In this document: piece after piece, positions 30,321 through 40,357 of the stretch
How positions within the stretch are numbered: position 1 is the first letter of the stretch
Layout of the letters: the number at the start of each line of letters is the position of its first letter
Assembly: GCA_958295515.1 (NCBI GenBank)
Contig: CATQGW010000001.1
Location: forward strand, 1,006,658-1,070,657
DNA from: an uncultured Dehalococcoidia bacterium
Lineage (GTDB): Bacteria; Chloroflexota; Dehalococcoidia; Bin125
Reading direction: 5' to 3'
DNA length: 64,000 nucleotides
Position numbers and translations under genes: made by a program
Notes under the pieces: generated by a model
Told to the model about the DNA's origin: nothing
The model's database searches: none
What the model saw: the letters and a program-made list of their open reading frames with translations, nothing else

Positions 30321-31751
30321 ATGGCCGACTTTTATCGCCCGCCCTGGCGCGAGAGCTCCGGCCCGCTGCGTCGGCTCGTCGTGGAGCCGACGCTGCGCTT
30401 TATGCAGGTGGAGGCGGCGGGCGGGATTGCGCTGGCGGTGGCCGCGTTGATCGCGCTGATCTGGGCGAACATCAGCCCGGATTCGTACACTTCGTTCTGG
30501 CACACGGAGATCTCGTTCGACATCGGCATCTGGTCGTTTCAGGAGGACGGGCACGGGGTTCACCTGCAGCACGTGGTCGACGATGTGCTGATGGTGATTT
30601 TCTTTCTGGTGGTGGGCGCGGAGATCAAGCGTGAGGTGGTGCACGGGGAGCTGCGCAATCCGCGGCGCGCGGCGCTGCCGATTATGGCGGCGCTGGGCGG
30701 GATGCTGGTGCCGGCGGGGCTCTACGCGCTGCTCAACACGGGCGGTCCGGGCGGCCCCGGCTGGGGCATCCCGGTGGCCACGGACATCGCGTTCGCGCTG
30801 GGCGTGTTGGCGCTGCTGGGGCCGCGCGTGCCGATTCAGCTCAAGGTCTTCCTGCTCACCCTCGCGGTGGCGGACGATGTGGGCGGCATTCTGATCATTG
30901 CGGTCTTCTACAGCGAGGGCATTCGGCTCGAATGGCTGGCCGGGGTGGTCGGGGCGGTGGCCTTCCTGCTCGTGCTGAAGCGGGTTGGGGTGCGGTACTT
31001 CGGGGCGCATGCGATCGGCGGGGTGTTCCTCTGGCTGACGCTCTGGGAGGCGGGCATTCACTCGCCGCTGGCGGGCGTGATTCTCGGCCTGATCGTGCCC
31101 GCCAGCTCGCTCTACGACCACGGCGGCACGGCGCGCCGGATGGATTATCTGCTGCAACGCTTCCGGCACGCGATCGGCGACGATGATCCGCGCGTCGCGG
31201 AGCATGATTCGCAGGAGGCGCTGCGGGGCATCCGCCATGTTGCGCACGAGGGGATGAGTCCGCTCGAGCGTCTGGAGGAGACGACGGCGCCGATCTCGGC
31301 CTTTGTGGTGGTGCCGATTTTCGCGCTGGCGAACGCGGGGATCGTGCTCAACGCGGACAGCATCAGTGAGGCGGTGAGTTCGAACATCGCGATCGGCATC
31401 TTCGCCGGCTTGCTGCTGGGCAAGGTCGTGGGCATTATGGGCGGCTCGCTGCTGGCGGTGCGGCTGGGGCTGGCGATCAAGCCGCCGGAGCTGCTCTGGC
31501 GCGATATCGCGGGGGCCTCGCTGCTGGCGGGGATCGGCTTCACCGTCGCCATTTTCATTGCGGATCTCTCGTTCCCGCGCGACGACCAGGCGGCGGTGGA
31601 GGAGGTGGCGAAGATGGGGATTTTCGCGGCCTCGGTTGTGGCGGCGGTTCTGGGCTACGCGGTGCTGCGCTTCACGACGGGCCACCGCGTCGCGCCGGCG
31701 GAGGCGGTTGTGGAGCCGGAGGCGCCGCCGGTCGCGACGGGCACGAAGTGA
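30321..31751 (+). CDS. nhaA: Na+/H+ antiporter NhaA
   Basis: IWANI, FFLVVGAEIKRE, ALGGMLVPA, GWGIPVATDIAF, LAVADDVG, PIFALANAG, GIGFT. Confidence 0.95.
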   Translation: MADFYRPPWRESSGPLRRLVVEPTLRFMQVEAAGGIALAVAALIALIWANISPDSYTSFWHTEISFDIGIWSFQEDGHGVHLQHVVDDVLMVIFFLVVGAEIKREVVHGELRNPRRAALPIMAALGGMLVPAGLYALLNTGGPGGPGWGIPVATDIAFALGVLALLGPRVPIQLKVFLLTLAVADDVGGILIIAVFYSEGIRLEWLAGVVGAVAFLLVLKRVGVRYFGAHAIGGVFLWLTLWEAGIHSPLAGVILGLIVPASSLYDHGGTARRMDYLLQRFRHAIGDDDPRVAEHDSQEALRGIRHVAHEGMSPLERLEETTAPISAFVVVPIFALANAGIVLNADSISEAVSSNIAIGIFAGLLLGKVVGIMGGSLLAVRLGLAIKPPELLWRDIAGASLLAGIGFTVAIFIADLSFPRDDQAAVEEVAKMGIFAASVVAAVLGYAVLRFTTGHRVAPAEAVVEPEAPPVATGTK

Positions 31752-31823
31752 GCCGTTGATCCGCTGCGCTCGCTCAAGCGTGCGGCCTTGGCAGGGCGCG
31801 GCGGTGCGGGTATAACCCTGGGC

Positions 31824-33132
31824 GTGGATACGAAGAGCGGGCGACGCCGCGCAGACGGCAACGCGGACGAGATCGCGGCGCTGCTCGGCGACGAGCGGGC
31901 GGTGTCGCGCGAGGCGGGCGCGCGTCGGGCGGCGCGCGACGGCTCGGCGCGGCACCTGCGAACGCTCAACGAGCTGGCGCTCGGCGATCCGTCGCAGCGG
32001 GTGCGGCGCGAGGCGGCGGCCTCGATTGGCCGCATCGCGGCCGAGCTGCCGGAGGCGTTTGCGATGCTGGCGGGGCTGGCCGAGCACACGGATCCGGGGG
32101 TGGTGCTGCAGGCCGCGCGTGGGCTGATGCGCAGCGGTCGGGGCTGCACACAGCGGGCGATCGCCGAACCGCTGCTGGATCGCCTCGCGGCGCATCCCAA
32201 CGAGGTCGTGCGCGACTTCGTGGCGGTCGAGCGGGGGCGCGCAGCCCGCGGTCATAACGCGCGTGCGGGGGGGGGGGGGGGTAAAAGCGCACCGCGACGC
32301 GCCGGCCTGGCTGGAGAATCGACTGGTGCAGGGCGACGCGCTCGAGCTGCTGCGGCGCTTGCCCGATGACAGCATTCACCTGACGTTCACGTCGCCGCCC
32401 TACTACAACGCGCGTGATTACTCGGTCTACGAGTCCTACGAGGCTTACCTCGACTTTCTGGAATCGGTCTTCGCCGAGCTGCACCGCGTCACCAAAGAGG
32501 GGCGCTTTCTGGTGGTCAACACCTCGCCGGTGATCGTGCCGCGCGCGGGGCGGCAGCATGAGAGTCACCGCTTCGCGATTCCGTTCGACCTGCACCCGCG
32601 GCTGACGGCGCAGGGCTGGCGGTTCATCGACGACATCATCTGGCGCAAGCCGGACGGGGCGGCGAAGCCGCGCAATTCGGGCTTTGCGTCGCACCGCCAG
32701 CCGCTGACCTGGAAGGCGAATGCGGTGACGGAGTATGTGATGGTCTACCGCAAGCGGTCGGCGCGGCTGATCGACTGGAATCTGCGGCAGTACCCGGCGG
32801 ATGTGCGCGAGGCGAGCCGCGCGCCGGACGACTATGAAACGAGCAATGTGTGGGAGATTGATCCCGCCGTTGATCGGGTGCATAGCGCGGTGTTTCCTGC
32901 GGCGCTGTGCGAGCGGGTGATCGCGTATTACTCGATGGTGGGGGACCTGATTTTCGATCCGTTCGCGGGCAGCGGAACGGTGGGGGTGGCGGCGCTGAAG
33001 CTGGAGCGGCGGGCGCTGCTGGCGGAGATCGATGATCGGTATGTGCAGCGGATTCAGAACCGCGTCGGTATGCAAATGCGCGCCTGCACGATCGAACAGT
33101 TATTGGAGGGGCGCGATGCGTCTGAGTCCTGA
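31824..33132 (+). CDS. HEAT-repeat + N4-cytosine DNA methyltransferase (beta class), split by a G15 tract
   Basis: HEAT-like ORF (VRREAAASIGR, DPGVVLQAARGL, HPNEVVR) and catalytic ORF 32263..33132 (TSPPYYN, HSAVFP, DPFAGSGT). The two frames fuse if the tract at 32267..32281 is G14 or G17. Confidence 0.8.
32267..32281 (+). repeat. Poly-G (15) tract, putative phase-variation switch
   Basis: GC-G15-TAAAAGCG at the domain junction of the MTase. Confidence 0.85.
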
Positions 33133-34030
33133 CGGCCTGCGGCACGCGATTCGCTGCCTGATCCGCGACGGCCAGAGCCATCGGCAGGCGATTTTCGAGG
33201 AGATCAACCGCGAATTCGTGCGCCATGCGGTTGAGTTTTTCACCGAGGTCGCGCACGCCAAGCTGAAGGGCGAAGACCTGGCGGCCTCCGAGGACTGGTA
33301 CGAACGGCAGCTGCTGCGCAGCGGCCGATACAGCAAGGAAGAGATCGCTGTTCACGCCGGCATTCCGATGAAAACGATCGAGAACATTCACGAGTCGACC
33401 AGCTCCAATGTGGTGCTCGACGCCAGCTTGCAGAATCATCAGGCGCTGCGGCGGACGATCGAAGAGGTTCTCGCCGCCGGGGAGGGTCCCTCGATCACGT
33501 TGACGATCAAGCTGCGCGGCGTTGGGGTGGATCTCAGCCTCGATGAGAGTCTGATCGTAATCAATTCATTGGCGGTCAAGCGCGAGCGGATTCGCGGCGG
33601 GATGTGGTCCACAGCGGGCAAGCAGGTTGAGGTGCCGCTGATGGCGACGCTCTGTCTGCTGCACGGTGTGGATGATCGCTTCTGGCGGATCGCCAAGCCT
33701 GACGAGTATCCGCATCAGATTGATTTCGTGTTGCAGAGCCACGGAAAGCAGTATCTCTGCGAAGTGAAGCTGATGGGCAAGGGGAACCCGGAAAGCGCCA
33801 AGGCTGCGCACGCGCACAATGCCAATCTGTTGGTCGCCGACCGCCTCTCGGAGCAGGCGAAGCAATCGTTGAGCAAGAACAATGTCGAGTGGGTAGAGCT
33901 GGCGGCAGCGTCGGGCTACCGGCGGTTCGGCGTTGTGCTGGACCGGTTCAACATTGAGCGAGGGGAAGCGGCTGATCTCGAGGGGTTGGATGAGATCATT
34001 GAGCGCGCCATTGAGCGCACGGCTCGCTGA
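33116..34030 (+). CDS. Type II restriction endonuclease, CfrBI-family-like
   Basis: ESLIVINSLAVKR..IRGG.WST.GKQVE, IDF..CEVKLMGKGNPES; overlaps the MTase end. Confidence 0.8.
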   Translation: MRLSPDGLRHAIRCLIRDGQSHRQAIFEEINREFVRHAVEFFTEVAHAKLKGEDLAASEDWYERQLLRSGRYSKEEIAVHAGIPMKTIENIHESTSSNVVLDASLQNHQALRRTIEEVLAAGEGPSITLTIKLRGVGVDLSLDESLIVINSLAVKRERIRGGMWSTAGKQVEVPLMATLCLLHGVDDRFWRIAKPDEYPHQIDFVLQSHGKQYLCEVKLMGKGNPESAKAAHAHNANLLVADRLSEQAKQSLSKNNVEWVELAAASGYRRFGVVLDRFNIERGEAADLEGLDEIIERAIERTAR

Positions 34031-34154
34031 GGCGGTGGTGGGATGTTCCGTCGTGCGGCTGTTGGGAGGGAGGCTTTGGCGGGGCTGTGGAGGTTGAATC
34101 CACAACATCCGCGCTTGTTTGCTTGTAGGGTATGCGGCGCACTTGGGAGAGGGA

Positions 34155-36206
34155 ATGCCGATGCCTATCGCAGCCGTGTTGAGCGCCAGGACCGTGGTCG
34201 GCGGCATTGCGCTCGCCGCGTTGCTGCTGTTGGTTGGCGTTGTTCTCGGTATCGCAGGCGGTTGGCAACAGGCGGAAGCTCAGGAGGAAGCCCGCGCGGT
34301 CGCGATCAGCGTCGGCGAATCGCACGCCTGCGCGCTGCTCGACTCGGGCGCGATCGAGTGCTGGGGCGACAACCGGTACGGTCAAACGGATGCGCCGAAC
34401 GGTCGCTTCAGCGCGGTCAGCGCGGGAGATCGGCATAGCTGCGGGCTGCGGGAGGGGGGCGAAGTCGAATGCTGGGGATGGAACGGGTTCGGCCAAACGG
34501 ATACACCGAGCGGCCGCTTTAGCGCGGTGAGCGCGGGTTTGTTCCACAGCTGTGGGCTGTGGAAGACGGGCGAAGTCGAGTGCTGGGGCGACAACCGGTA
34601 CGGTCAAACGGCTGCGCCGAGCGGTCGTTTCAGCGCCGTCAGCACGGGCAGCGCGCACAGCTGCGGGCTGCGGAAGACGGGTGCCGTCGAGTGCTGGGGA
34701 AGTAATGAGTACGGCCAAGCAGGTGCGCCGAGCGGTCGCTTCAGCGCGGTCAGCGCAGGCTGGGGGCACAGCTGCGGACTGCGGGAGACGGGTGCCGTCA
34801 AATGCTGGGGATACAACAGGTCTGGCGAAGCGGCTGCGCCGAGCGGTCGCTTCAGCGCGGTCAGCGCGGGCAGCTCGCGCAGTTGCGGGCTGCGGGAGAC
34901 GGGCGCGGTCGAGTGCTGGGGATGGAACGAGGACGACCAAACGGCTGCGTCGGGTGGTCGCTTCAGCGCGATCAGCGCAGGCTGGTCGCACATTTGCGGG
35001 CTGCGGGAGACGGGCGCGGTCGAGTGCTGGGAAGCCAACAATGCCGGCCAAGCGGCTGCGCCGAGCGGTCGCTTCGGCGCGGTCAGAGCGGGAAATTTGC
35101 ATAGCTGCGGGCTGCGGGAGACGGGCGCGGTGGAGTGCTGGGGAGCCAACAGTGCCGGCCAAACGGGTACACCGAGCGGCCGCTTCAGCGCGGTGAGTGC
35201 GGGCGGGTGGCACAGTTGCGGGCTGCGGGAGACGGGCGCGGTTGAGTGCTGGGGAGCCAACGCCTTCGGCCAAACGGCTGCGCCGAGCGGTCGTTTCAGC
35301 GCCGTCAGCACGGGCAGCGTGCACAGTTGCGGGCTGCGGGAGACGAGCGTGGTCGAGTGCTGGGGGTACAACGGGGGCGGCCGGACGGATGCGCCGAGCG
35401 GTCGCTTTAGCGCGGTCAGCGCAGGCGCTGCGCACAGCTGTGGACTGCGGGAGACGGGCGAGGTCGAGTGCTGGGGACGCAACTTGGACGGCCAAGCGGA
35501 TGCGCCGGGCGGTCGCTTCGGCGCGGTCAGCGCGGGCTGGCGTCACAGTTGCGGGCTGCAGGAGACCGGCGCGGTTGAGTGCTGGGGATATAACAGGTCC
35601 GGCCAAACGGATGCGCCGAGGGGTCGTTTCAGCGCGGTCAGCGCGGGCGAGTATCACAGCTGTGGGCTGCGGGAGACGGGCACGATCGAGTGCTGGGGGT
35701 ACACATTCGACGGACAGACGCAGCCGCCCACAGGGAAGCATCTTCAAATCAGCGCTGGTGCGAATCACGCCTGCGCGCTGAGCGAAGGCGGAACGGTCTC
35801 TTGCTGGACGATCTTCAACGGCGCTGCCGATGTGCCCGCCTGGTTGCGCGAGCCCAGCGTTGAGGCGGTGGGCGATTCTGCCAGCGGTCGGATTGTGGCG
35901 CGCAGGCTGGCCGATGGGCGCACTGAGTTTGCCTGGCTGCCTGCCGGGAGTGAGGAGCGCATCTTGCCGCGCTCGCGCTACTTCCCCACGGGCGCCGCCG
36001 TGGACCGCTGGCTGCGCTCCAGCCCGATCGAGGTTGACGGCGTTGAGATTGGGCGGATCAACGCGCGGCTGCTGGCGAATGGGCGGATTGAGTTGGCGTT
36101 TACGCCGACGGGCGGCGAGCGGATTCTGCCGCCGTCGCGCTACTTCCCGGTGAATGCCGGCGTGGACCGCTGGTTGCGGAGCACGGAGATCGATCCGGGC
36201 GGCTGA
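34155..36206 (+). CDS. Secreted RCC1/BLIP-II-like repeat protein (14 repeats) with a duplicated C-terminal domain
   Basis: Signal peptide ending AEA-Q; 37-aa/111-bp repeats AVSAGxxHSCGLRETGAVECWGxNxxGQTxAPSGRFS; C-terminal GRIxARxLAxGRxExAxxPxGxERILPxSRYFPxxAxVDRWLRS occurs twice. Confidence 0.9.
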   Translation: MPMPIAAVLSARTVVGGIALAALLLLVGVVLGIAGGWQQAEAQEEARAVAISVGESHACALLDSGAIECWGDNRYGQTDAPNGRFSAVSAGDRHSCGLREGGEVECWGWNGFGQTDTPSGRFSAVSAGLFHSCGLWKTGEVECWGDNRYGQTAAPSGRFSAVSTGSAHSCGLRKTGAVECWGSNEYGQAGAPSGRFSAVSAGWGHSCGLRETGAVKCWGYNRSGEAAAPSGRFSAVSAGSSRSCGLRETGAVECWGWNEDDQTAASGGRFSAISAGWSHICGLRETGAVECWEANNAGQAAAPSGRFGAVRAGNLHSCGLRETGAVECWGANSAGQTGTPSGRFSAVSAGGWHSCGLRETGAVECWGANAFGQTAAPSGRFSAVSTGSVHSCGLRETSVVECWGYNGGGRTDAPSGRFSAVSAGAAHSCGLRETGEVECWGRNLDGQADAPGGRFGAVSAGWRHSCGLQETGAVECWGYNRSGQTDAPRGRFSAVSAGEYHSCGLRETGTIECWGYTFDGQTQPPTGKHLQISAGANHACALSEGGTVSCWTIFNGAADVPAWLREPSVEAVGDSASGRIVARRLADGRTEFAWLPAGSEERILPRSRYFPTGAAVDRWLRSSPIEVDGVEIGRINARLLANGRIELAFTPTGGERILPPSRYFPVNAGVDRWLRSTEIDPGG

Positions 36207-36320
36207 GGTGGGTCCGCGCCCGGCGACCCCTCCCGACAGCGCCAGCCGGGGCATGCGCTATCCTCTGCGCTGCGCGCTGCTCTTGGCGCGTGACTGGATA
36301 GCTGTGAGGAGGCGGAACCC

Positions 36321-37187
36321 GTGCAAGCCGTCAAATATGTGCGCGCCGCCAGCGTTGACGAGGCGTCCCGATTGCTGCAAGAGGGCGGCGAGGGGGCTCG
36401 TGTGCTGGCGGGCGGAACCGATGTGATCGTCCAGGCGCGCGAGCGCACCCGCGAGATTGACCTCTTCGTGGACATCAAGCAGATCGCGGAGACGATGAGC
36501 ATCGCCTACGACGCCGCCGACGGGCTGAGCATCGGCGCGGCGGCGCCGTGCCACGAGATCTACGGCAATGAGACGGTGCGGGAGCTCTACCCGTCGCTGG
36601 TCGACTCGACCTCGCTGATCGGCGGCACAGCAATTCAGGGGCGCGCCAGCCTGGGCGGGAACCTGTGCAACTCGTCGCCGGCGGCCGACGGCATTCCGAC
36701 GCTGATCGTGCTTGAGGCGACGGTGGAGATCGCCGGTCCGAACGGACGCCGCAGCGTGGCGGTGGAGGATTTCTGCACCGCGCCGGGGCGCAACGTGCTG
36801 GAGTCCGGCGAGTTCGTGGTCTCGCTCAAGTTTCCCACGCCGGCGGCGGGCAGCGGGGCGCGTTTCCTGCGCTTCATTCCGCGCAACGAGATGGATATCG
36901 CGGTGACCAACGCGGCGACGCAGGTGCGGATCGAGAACGGCTCGGTTTCGTGGGCGCGCGTCTCGATCGGTGCGGTGGCTCCGATTCCGCTGCTGGTCGC
37001 CGATGCCGCGGCGGCGCTGGTTGGGCAGCCGCTCAGCGATGAGACGATTGCGGCGGCGGCGGCGGCTTCGCGCGCCGCGGCCAGCCCGATTGACGACATG
37101 CGCGGCTCGATTCGCCAGCGCCGGCATCTGGCCGGCGTGCTGACCGAGCGCACCATCCGCCAGGCCGCCGAACGCGCGGCCGCCTAA
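36321..37187 (+). CDS. Xanthine dehydrogenase family FAD-binding (medium) subunit
   Basis: LAGGTD, ASLGGNLCNSSPAAD, IGAVAP, PIDDMRGS. Confidence 0.92.
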   Translation: MQAVKYVRAASVDEASRLLQEGGEGARVLAGGTDVIVQARERTREIDLFVDIKQIAETMSIAYDAADGLSIGAAAPCHEIYGNETVRELYPSLVDSTSLIGGTAIQGRASLGGNLCNSSPAADGIPTLIVLEATVEIAGPNGRRSVAVEDFCTAPGRNVLESGEFVVSLKFPTPAAGSGARFLRFIPRNEMDIAVTNAATQVRIENGSVSWARVSIGAVAPIPLLVADAAAALVGQPLSDETIAAAAAASRAAASPIDDMRGSIRQRRHLAGVLTERTIRQAAERAAA

Positions 37188-37226
37188 ACCCATAGACCGC
37201 AGACCCAGATCGGAAGGGGAGCCATC

Positions 37227-37712
37227 GTGACGACCCAGACCTCGCACATCGTCGTGAACACGACCATCAACGGCGAGCCCACCGTCTTTCTCGCCAACGA
37301 GCGCGACAGCCTGCTGGAAGCGCTGCGCGACCGGATTGGCCTGACGGGCGCGAAAGAGGGCTGCAACAACGGCAACTGCGGCGCGTGCTGCGTGAACCTC
37401 GACGGGCGGATTGTCAACTCCTGCCTGGTGATGGCCGCCGAGGTGGAGGGTTCGGAGGTGCGCACCGTCGAGGGGCTGGCGGACGGCGACCAGCTGTCGC
37501 CGCTGCAGAACGCCTTCCTGGAGGAGGCCGCGCTGCAGTGCGGCATCTGCACGCCGGGCTTCCTGGTCGCGGCGGAGGCGCTGCTGGAGCAGAATCCGGA
37601 TCCCAGCGAGCACGAAATCCGCTACTGGCTGGCCGGCAATCTCTGCCGCTGCACGGGCTACGACAAGATCATCCGCGCCGTGCAGCTGGCCGCCGGGCAG
37701 GGCCAGGACTAA
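37227..37712 (+). CDS. Xanthine dehydrogenase family [2Fe-2S] (small) subunit
   Basis: GAKEGCNNGNCGAC, QCGICTPG, GNLCRCTGY. Confidence 0.95.
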   Translation: MTTQTSHIVVNTTINGEPTVFLANERDSLLEALRDRIGLTGAKEGCNNGNCGACCVNLDGRIVNSCLVMAAEVEGSEVRTVEGLADGDQLSPLQNAFLEEAALQCGICTPGFLVAAEALLEQNPDPSEHEIRYWLAGNLCRCTGYDKIIRAVQLAAGQGQD

Positions 37713-37785
37713 CCGCGCAAGACACGGCAACAAGACACGGCAACAAGCCGCGCAATCGAGCCGATCAGCGAAGGGACGCACCGCA

Positions 37786-40077
37786 ATGGTCACCGCACAG
37801 AGTGAAGTCGCCAGCCAGTACAACGTGATCGGCACCCGCCCGATCCGCCACGACGGAGTGGACAAGGTCACGGGCGCCGCGCAGTACGGCGCGGATTTGC
37901 AGTTGCCGGGCATGCTCTACGGGCGGGTGCTGCGCAGCCCGCACGCGCACGCGCGGATCGTGAGCATCGACACCAGCAAGGCGGCGGCGCTGGAGGGTGT
38001 CAAGTCGGTGATCACGAACGCGGACTTCCCCCGCGCGAGCGATGACGTGATCGACACCGGCGAGGGCTCGGCGCAGCTGAACTGGCTGCTGGACAACGTG
38101 ATCGCTTCGGACAAGGCGCTCTACAAGGGCCACGCGATCGCCGCGGTCGCGGCGGTGGACCACCACATCGCCGAGGACGCGATTGAGCTGATCGAGGTGG
38201 AGTACGAGCTGCTGCCGCCGGTGCTCGACGTGCGCGACGCGATGCTGGACACCGCGCCGAAGCTGCACGACGGGCTGAAGACGGGCGAGATGGACGGCTC
38301 GAAGAGCGACGGCGACAGCAACACCGCGTCGCACCTGCGTTTCGCCAAGGGCGACATGGAGGCGGGCTTCGCGGACGCGGATGTGGTGATTGAGCGCGAG
38401 TTCGTGACCTCGATGGCGCACCAGGGCTACATCGAGCCGCACAACGGGACGGCCTACTGGCGCGCCGACGGCACGCTTGATGTCTGGACCAGCACGCAGG
38501 GCTCGTTCGTGGTGCGCGACTCGGTCGCGCCGCTGGTGCAGCTCTCGCCCTCGCAGGTGAAGGTCACGCCGATGGAGATCGGCGGCGGCTTCGGGGGCAA
38601 GATTCCGGTCTACCTCGAGCCGCTGGCGGCGATCCTCTCGCGCAACACGGGGCGGCCGGTGCAGCTGACGATGAACCGCGAGGAAGTGCTGCTGGCGACC
38701 GGGCCCACCTCGGGCACGTACATGCGGGTGAAGATGGGCGCGAAGCGGGATGGGACGCTGACCGCGGGCGAGGTGTACCTCGCCTTCGAAGCGGGCGCAT
38801 ACCCCGGCTCCCCCGTCGGCGCGGGCGCGATGTGCGCGCTGGCGCCCTACGACATCCCCAACCAGGTGATCGACGGCTACGACGTGGTGGTGAACAAGCC
38901 GAAGACGGCGGCCTACCGCGCGCCGGGCGCGCCGCAGGCGGAGTTCGCGACCGAAGCGGTGATCAACGAGCTCGCCGAGCAGCTGCAGATCGACCCGCTC
39001 GAGCTGCGGCTCCAAAACGCCGCCGTGGAGGGCGCGTCGCGCGCCGACGGCTTCACCTACGGGGTGATCGGCAACGTGGAGTGCATGCAGGCGGCGCAGG
39101 ACAGCTCGCACTGGAATTCCGAGCTGGCGGGCCCGAATCAGGGCCGCGGGGTCGCGCAGGGCTTCTGGTTCAACATCGGCTTCGAGTCGAGCGCCTACGC
39201 GCAGGTCAACGGCGACGGGACCGTGCCGCTGGTGCTGGGCTCGACGGATATCGGCGGCACCCGCGCGTCGATCGCGATGCAGCTGGCGGAGACGCTGGGG
39301 ATCAGCGCCGAGGAGGTCCGCCCGCACGTGGTGGACACGAACAGCGTGGGCTACACGCAGGTGACCGGCGGCAGCCGCACGACCTTCGCCGGCGGCTGGG
39401 CGGCCTACGAGTGCGCGATGGACATTCGGCGTCAGATGGCGGAGCGCGCCGCGCAAATCTGGGAGGTCGACGCGGCCGAGGTGGAGTACGGCGACGACGC
39501 GGTGATCCGCGGCCCGGCGGACGATGAGGGCAACGAGCGATCGTTCGGCTTCAAGGAGCTGGCCGGCCAGCTCGCCGCCAGCGGCGGGCACATTGTGGGC
39601 CGCGCCGACGTCAACAAGACCTCCTCCGGCCCCGCCTTCGCTACCCATATCGTCGATGTGGAGGTCGATCCCGACACCGGCAAGGTTGATGTGCTGCGCT
39701 ACACGGCGGTGCAGGATGCGGGCACGGCGATTCACCCGGCCTACGTCGAGGGGCAGATGCAGGGCGGCGCGGCGCAGGGCATCGGGATGGCGCTCAACGA
39801 GGAGTACTACTACGACGAGAGCGGCGACCTGAAGAACGCGAGTCTGCTGGACTACCGGATGCCGACCGCGCTGGACTTGCCGATGATCGAGCCGATCATC
39901 GTGGAGGTGCCCAATCCGGGCCACCCGTACGGGGTGCGGGGCGTCGGCGAGGTGCCGATCATCCCGCCCGCGCCGGCGATCCAGGCGGCGATTGCGGATG
40001 CGGTGGGTCTGCGCATGAACGAGCTGCCGATCTCGCCGCGTGCGATCCTCGAGGCGACGCTGCCCGAGGAGGGCTAG
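37786..40077 (+). CDS. Xanthine dehydrogenase family molybdopterin-binding (large) subunit
   Basis: KVTGAAQY, RSPHAHA, IGGGFGGK, AYRAPG, GQMQGG, RGVGE. Confidence 0.93.
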   Translation: MVTAQSEVASQYNVIGTRPIRHDGVDKVTGAAQYGADLQLPGMLYGRVLRSPHAHARIVSIDTSKAAALEGVKSVITNADFPRASDDVIDTGEGSAQLNWLLDNVIASDKALYKGHAIAAVAAVDHHIAEDAIELIEVEYELLPPVLDVRDAMLDTAPKLHDGLKTGEMDGSKSDGDSNTASHLRFAKGDMEAGFADADVVIEREFVTSMAHQGYIEPHNGTAYWRADGTLDVWTSTQGSFVVRDSVAPLVQLSPSQVKVTPMEIGGGFGGKIPVYLEPLAAILSRNTGRPVQLTMNREEVLLATGPTSGTYMRVKMGAKRDGTLTAGEVYLAFEAGAYPGSPVGAGAMCALAPYDIPNQVIDGYDVVVNKPKTAAYRAPGAPQAEFATEAVINELAEQLQIDPLELRLQNAAVEGASRADGFTYGVIGNVECMQAAQDSSHWNSELAGPNQGRGVAQGFWFNIGFESSAYAQVNGDGTVPLVLGSTDIGGTRASIAMQLAETLGISAEEVRPHVVDTNSVGYTQVTGGSRTTFAGGWAAYECAMDIRRQMAERAAQIWEVDAAEVEYGDDAVIRGPADDEGNERSFGFKELAGQLAASGGHIVGRADVNKTSSGPAFATHIVDVEVDPDTGKVDVLRYTAVQDAGTAIHPAYVEGQMQGGAAQGIGMALNEEYYYDESGDLKNASLLDYRMPTALDLPMIEPIIVEVPNPGHPYGVRGVGEVPIIPPAPAIQAAIADAVGLRMNELPISPRAILEATLPEEG

Positions 40078-40093
40078 GCGTCGGAGCGTCGCT

Positions 40094-40357
40094 GTGGTCC
40101 GAGTGTTGATCCCGGTCACGCTCCGCACGCTCAGCGGCGGCGAGGCCGAGATTGAGGCTGTCGGACATAATCTGCGCAGTGTGATCGCGGATCTGGGCGA
40201 GCGTTACCCGGAGCTTGCCGGGCGTTTGGTGCAGGATGGCCGTATCGGCCGCGGCCTGACGCTCGCGATCAACGGGGATGTGGTGAGTACGGGCCTGATC
40301 ACCAAGGTGCCGGCGGATGCGGAGATTGCGATTGTGCCGCAGATTAGTGGGGGCTAG
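40094..40357 (+). CDS. moaD: MoaD/ThiS family sulfur carrier
   Basis: About 87 aa, ubiquitin-like pattern, C-terminal PQISGG. Confidence 0.85.
   Translation: MVRVLIPVTLRTLSGGEAEIEAVGHNLRSVIADLGERYPELAGRLVQDGRIGRGLTLAINGDVVSTGLITKVPADAEIAIVPQISGG

Noticed and set aside
34300-35800. Diversity-generating retroelement as the source of RCC1 loop variation
   Set aside because: The AAC/AAT Asn codon in the variable loop is mostly conserved while non-A positions vary. No reverse transcriptase or template repeat was seen in the window.
33996-36254. Long antisense repeat ORFs over the RCC1 genes (also 60284..61720)
   Set aside because: A consequence of a stop-free 111-bp repeat unit; no independent coding evidence.
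36321-40077. Aerobic CO dehydrogenase coxMSL
   Set aside because: The active-site loop reads AYRAPG, not AYxCSFR (form I) or AYRGAGR (form II), so it was left as a generic Mo-hydroxylase.
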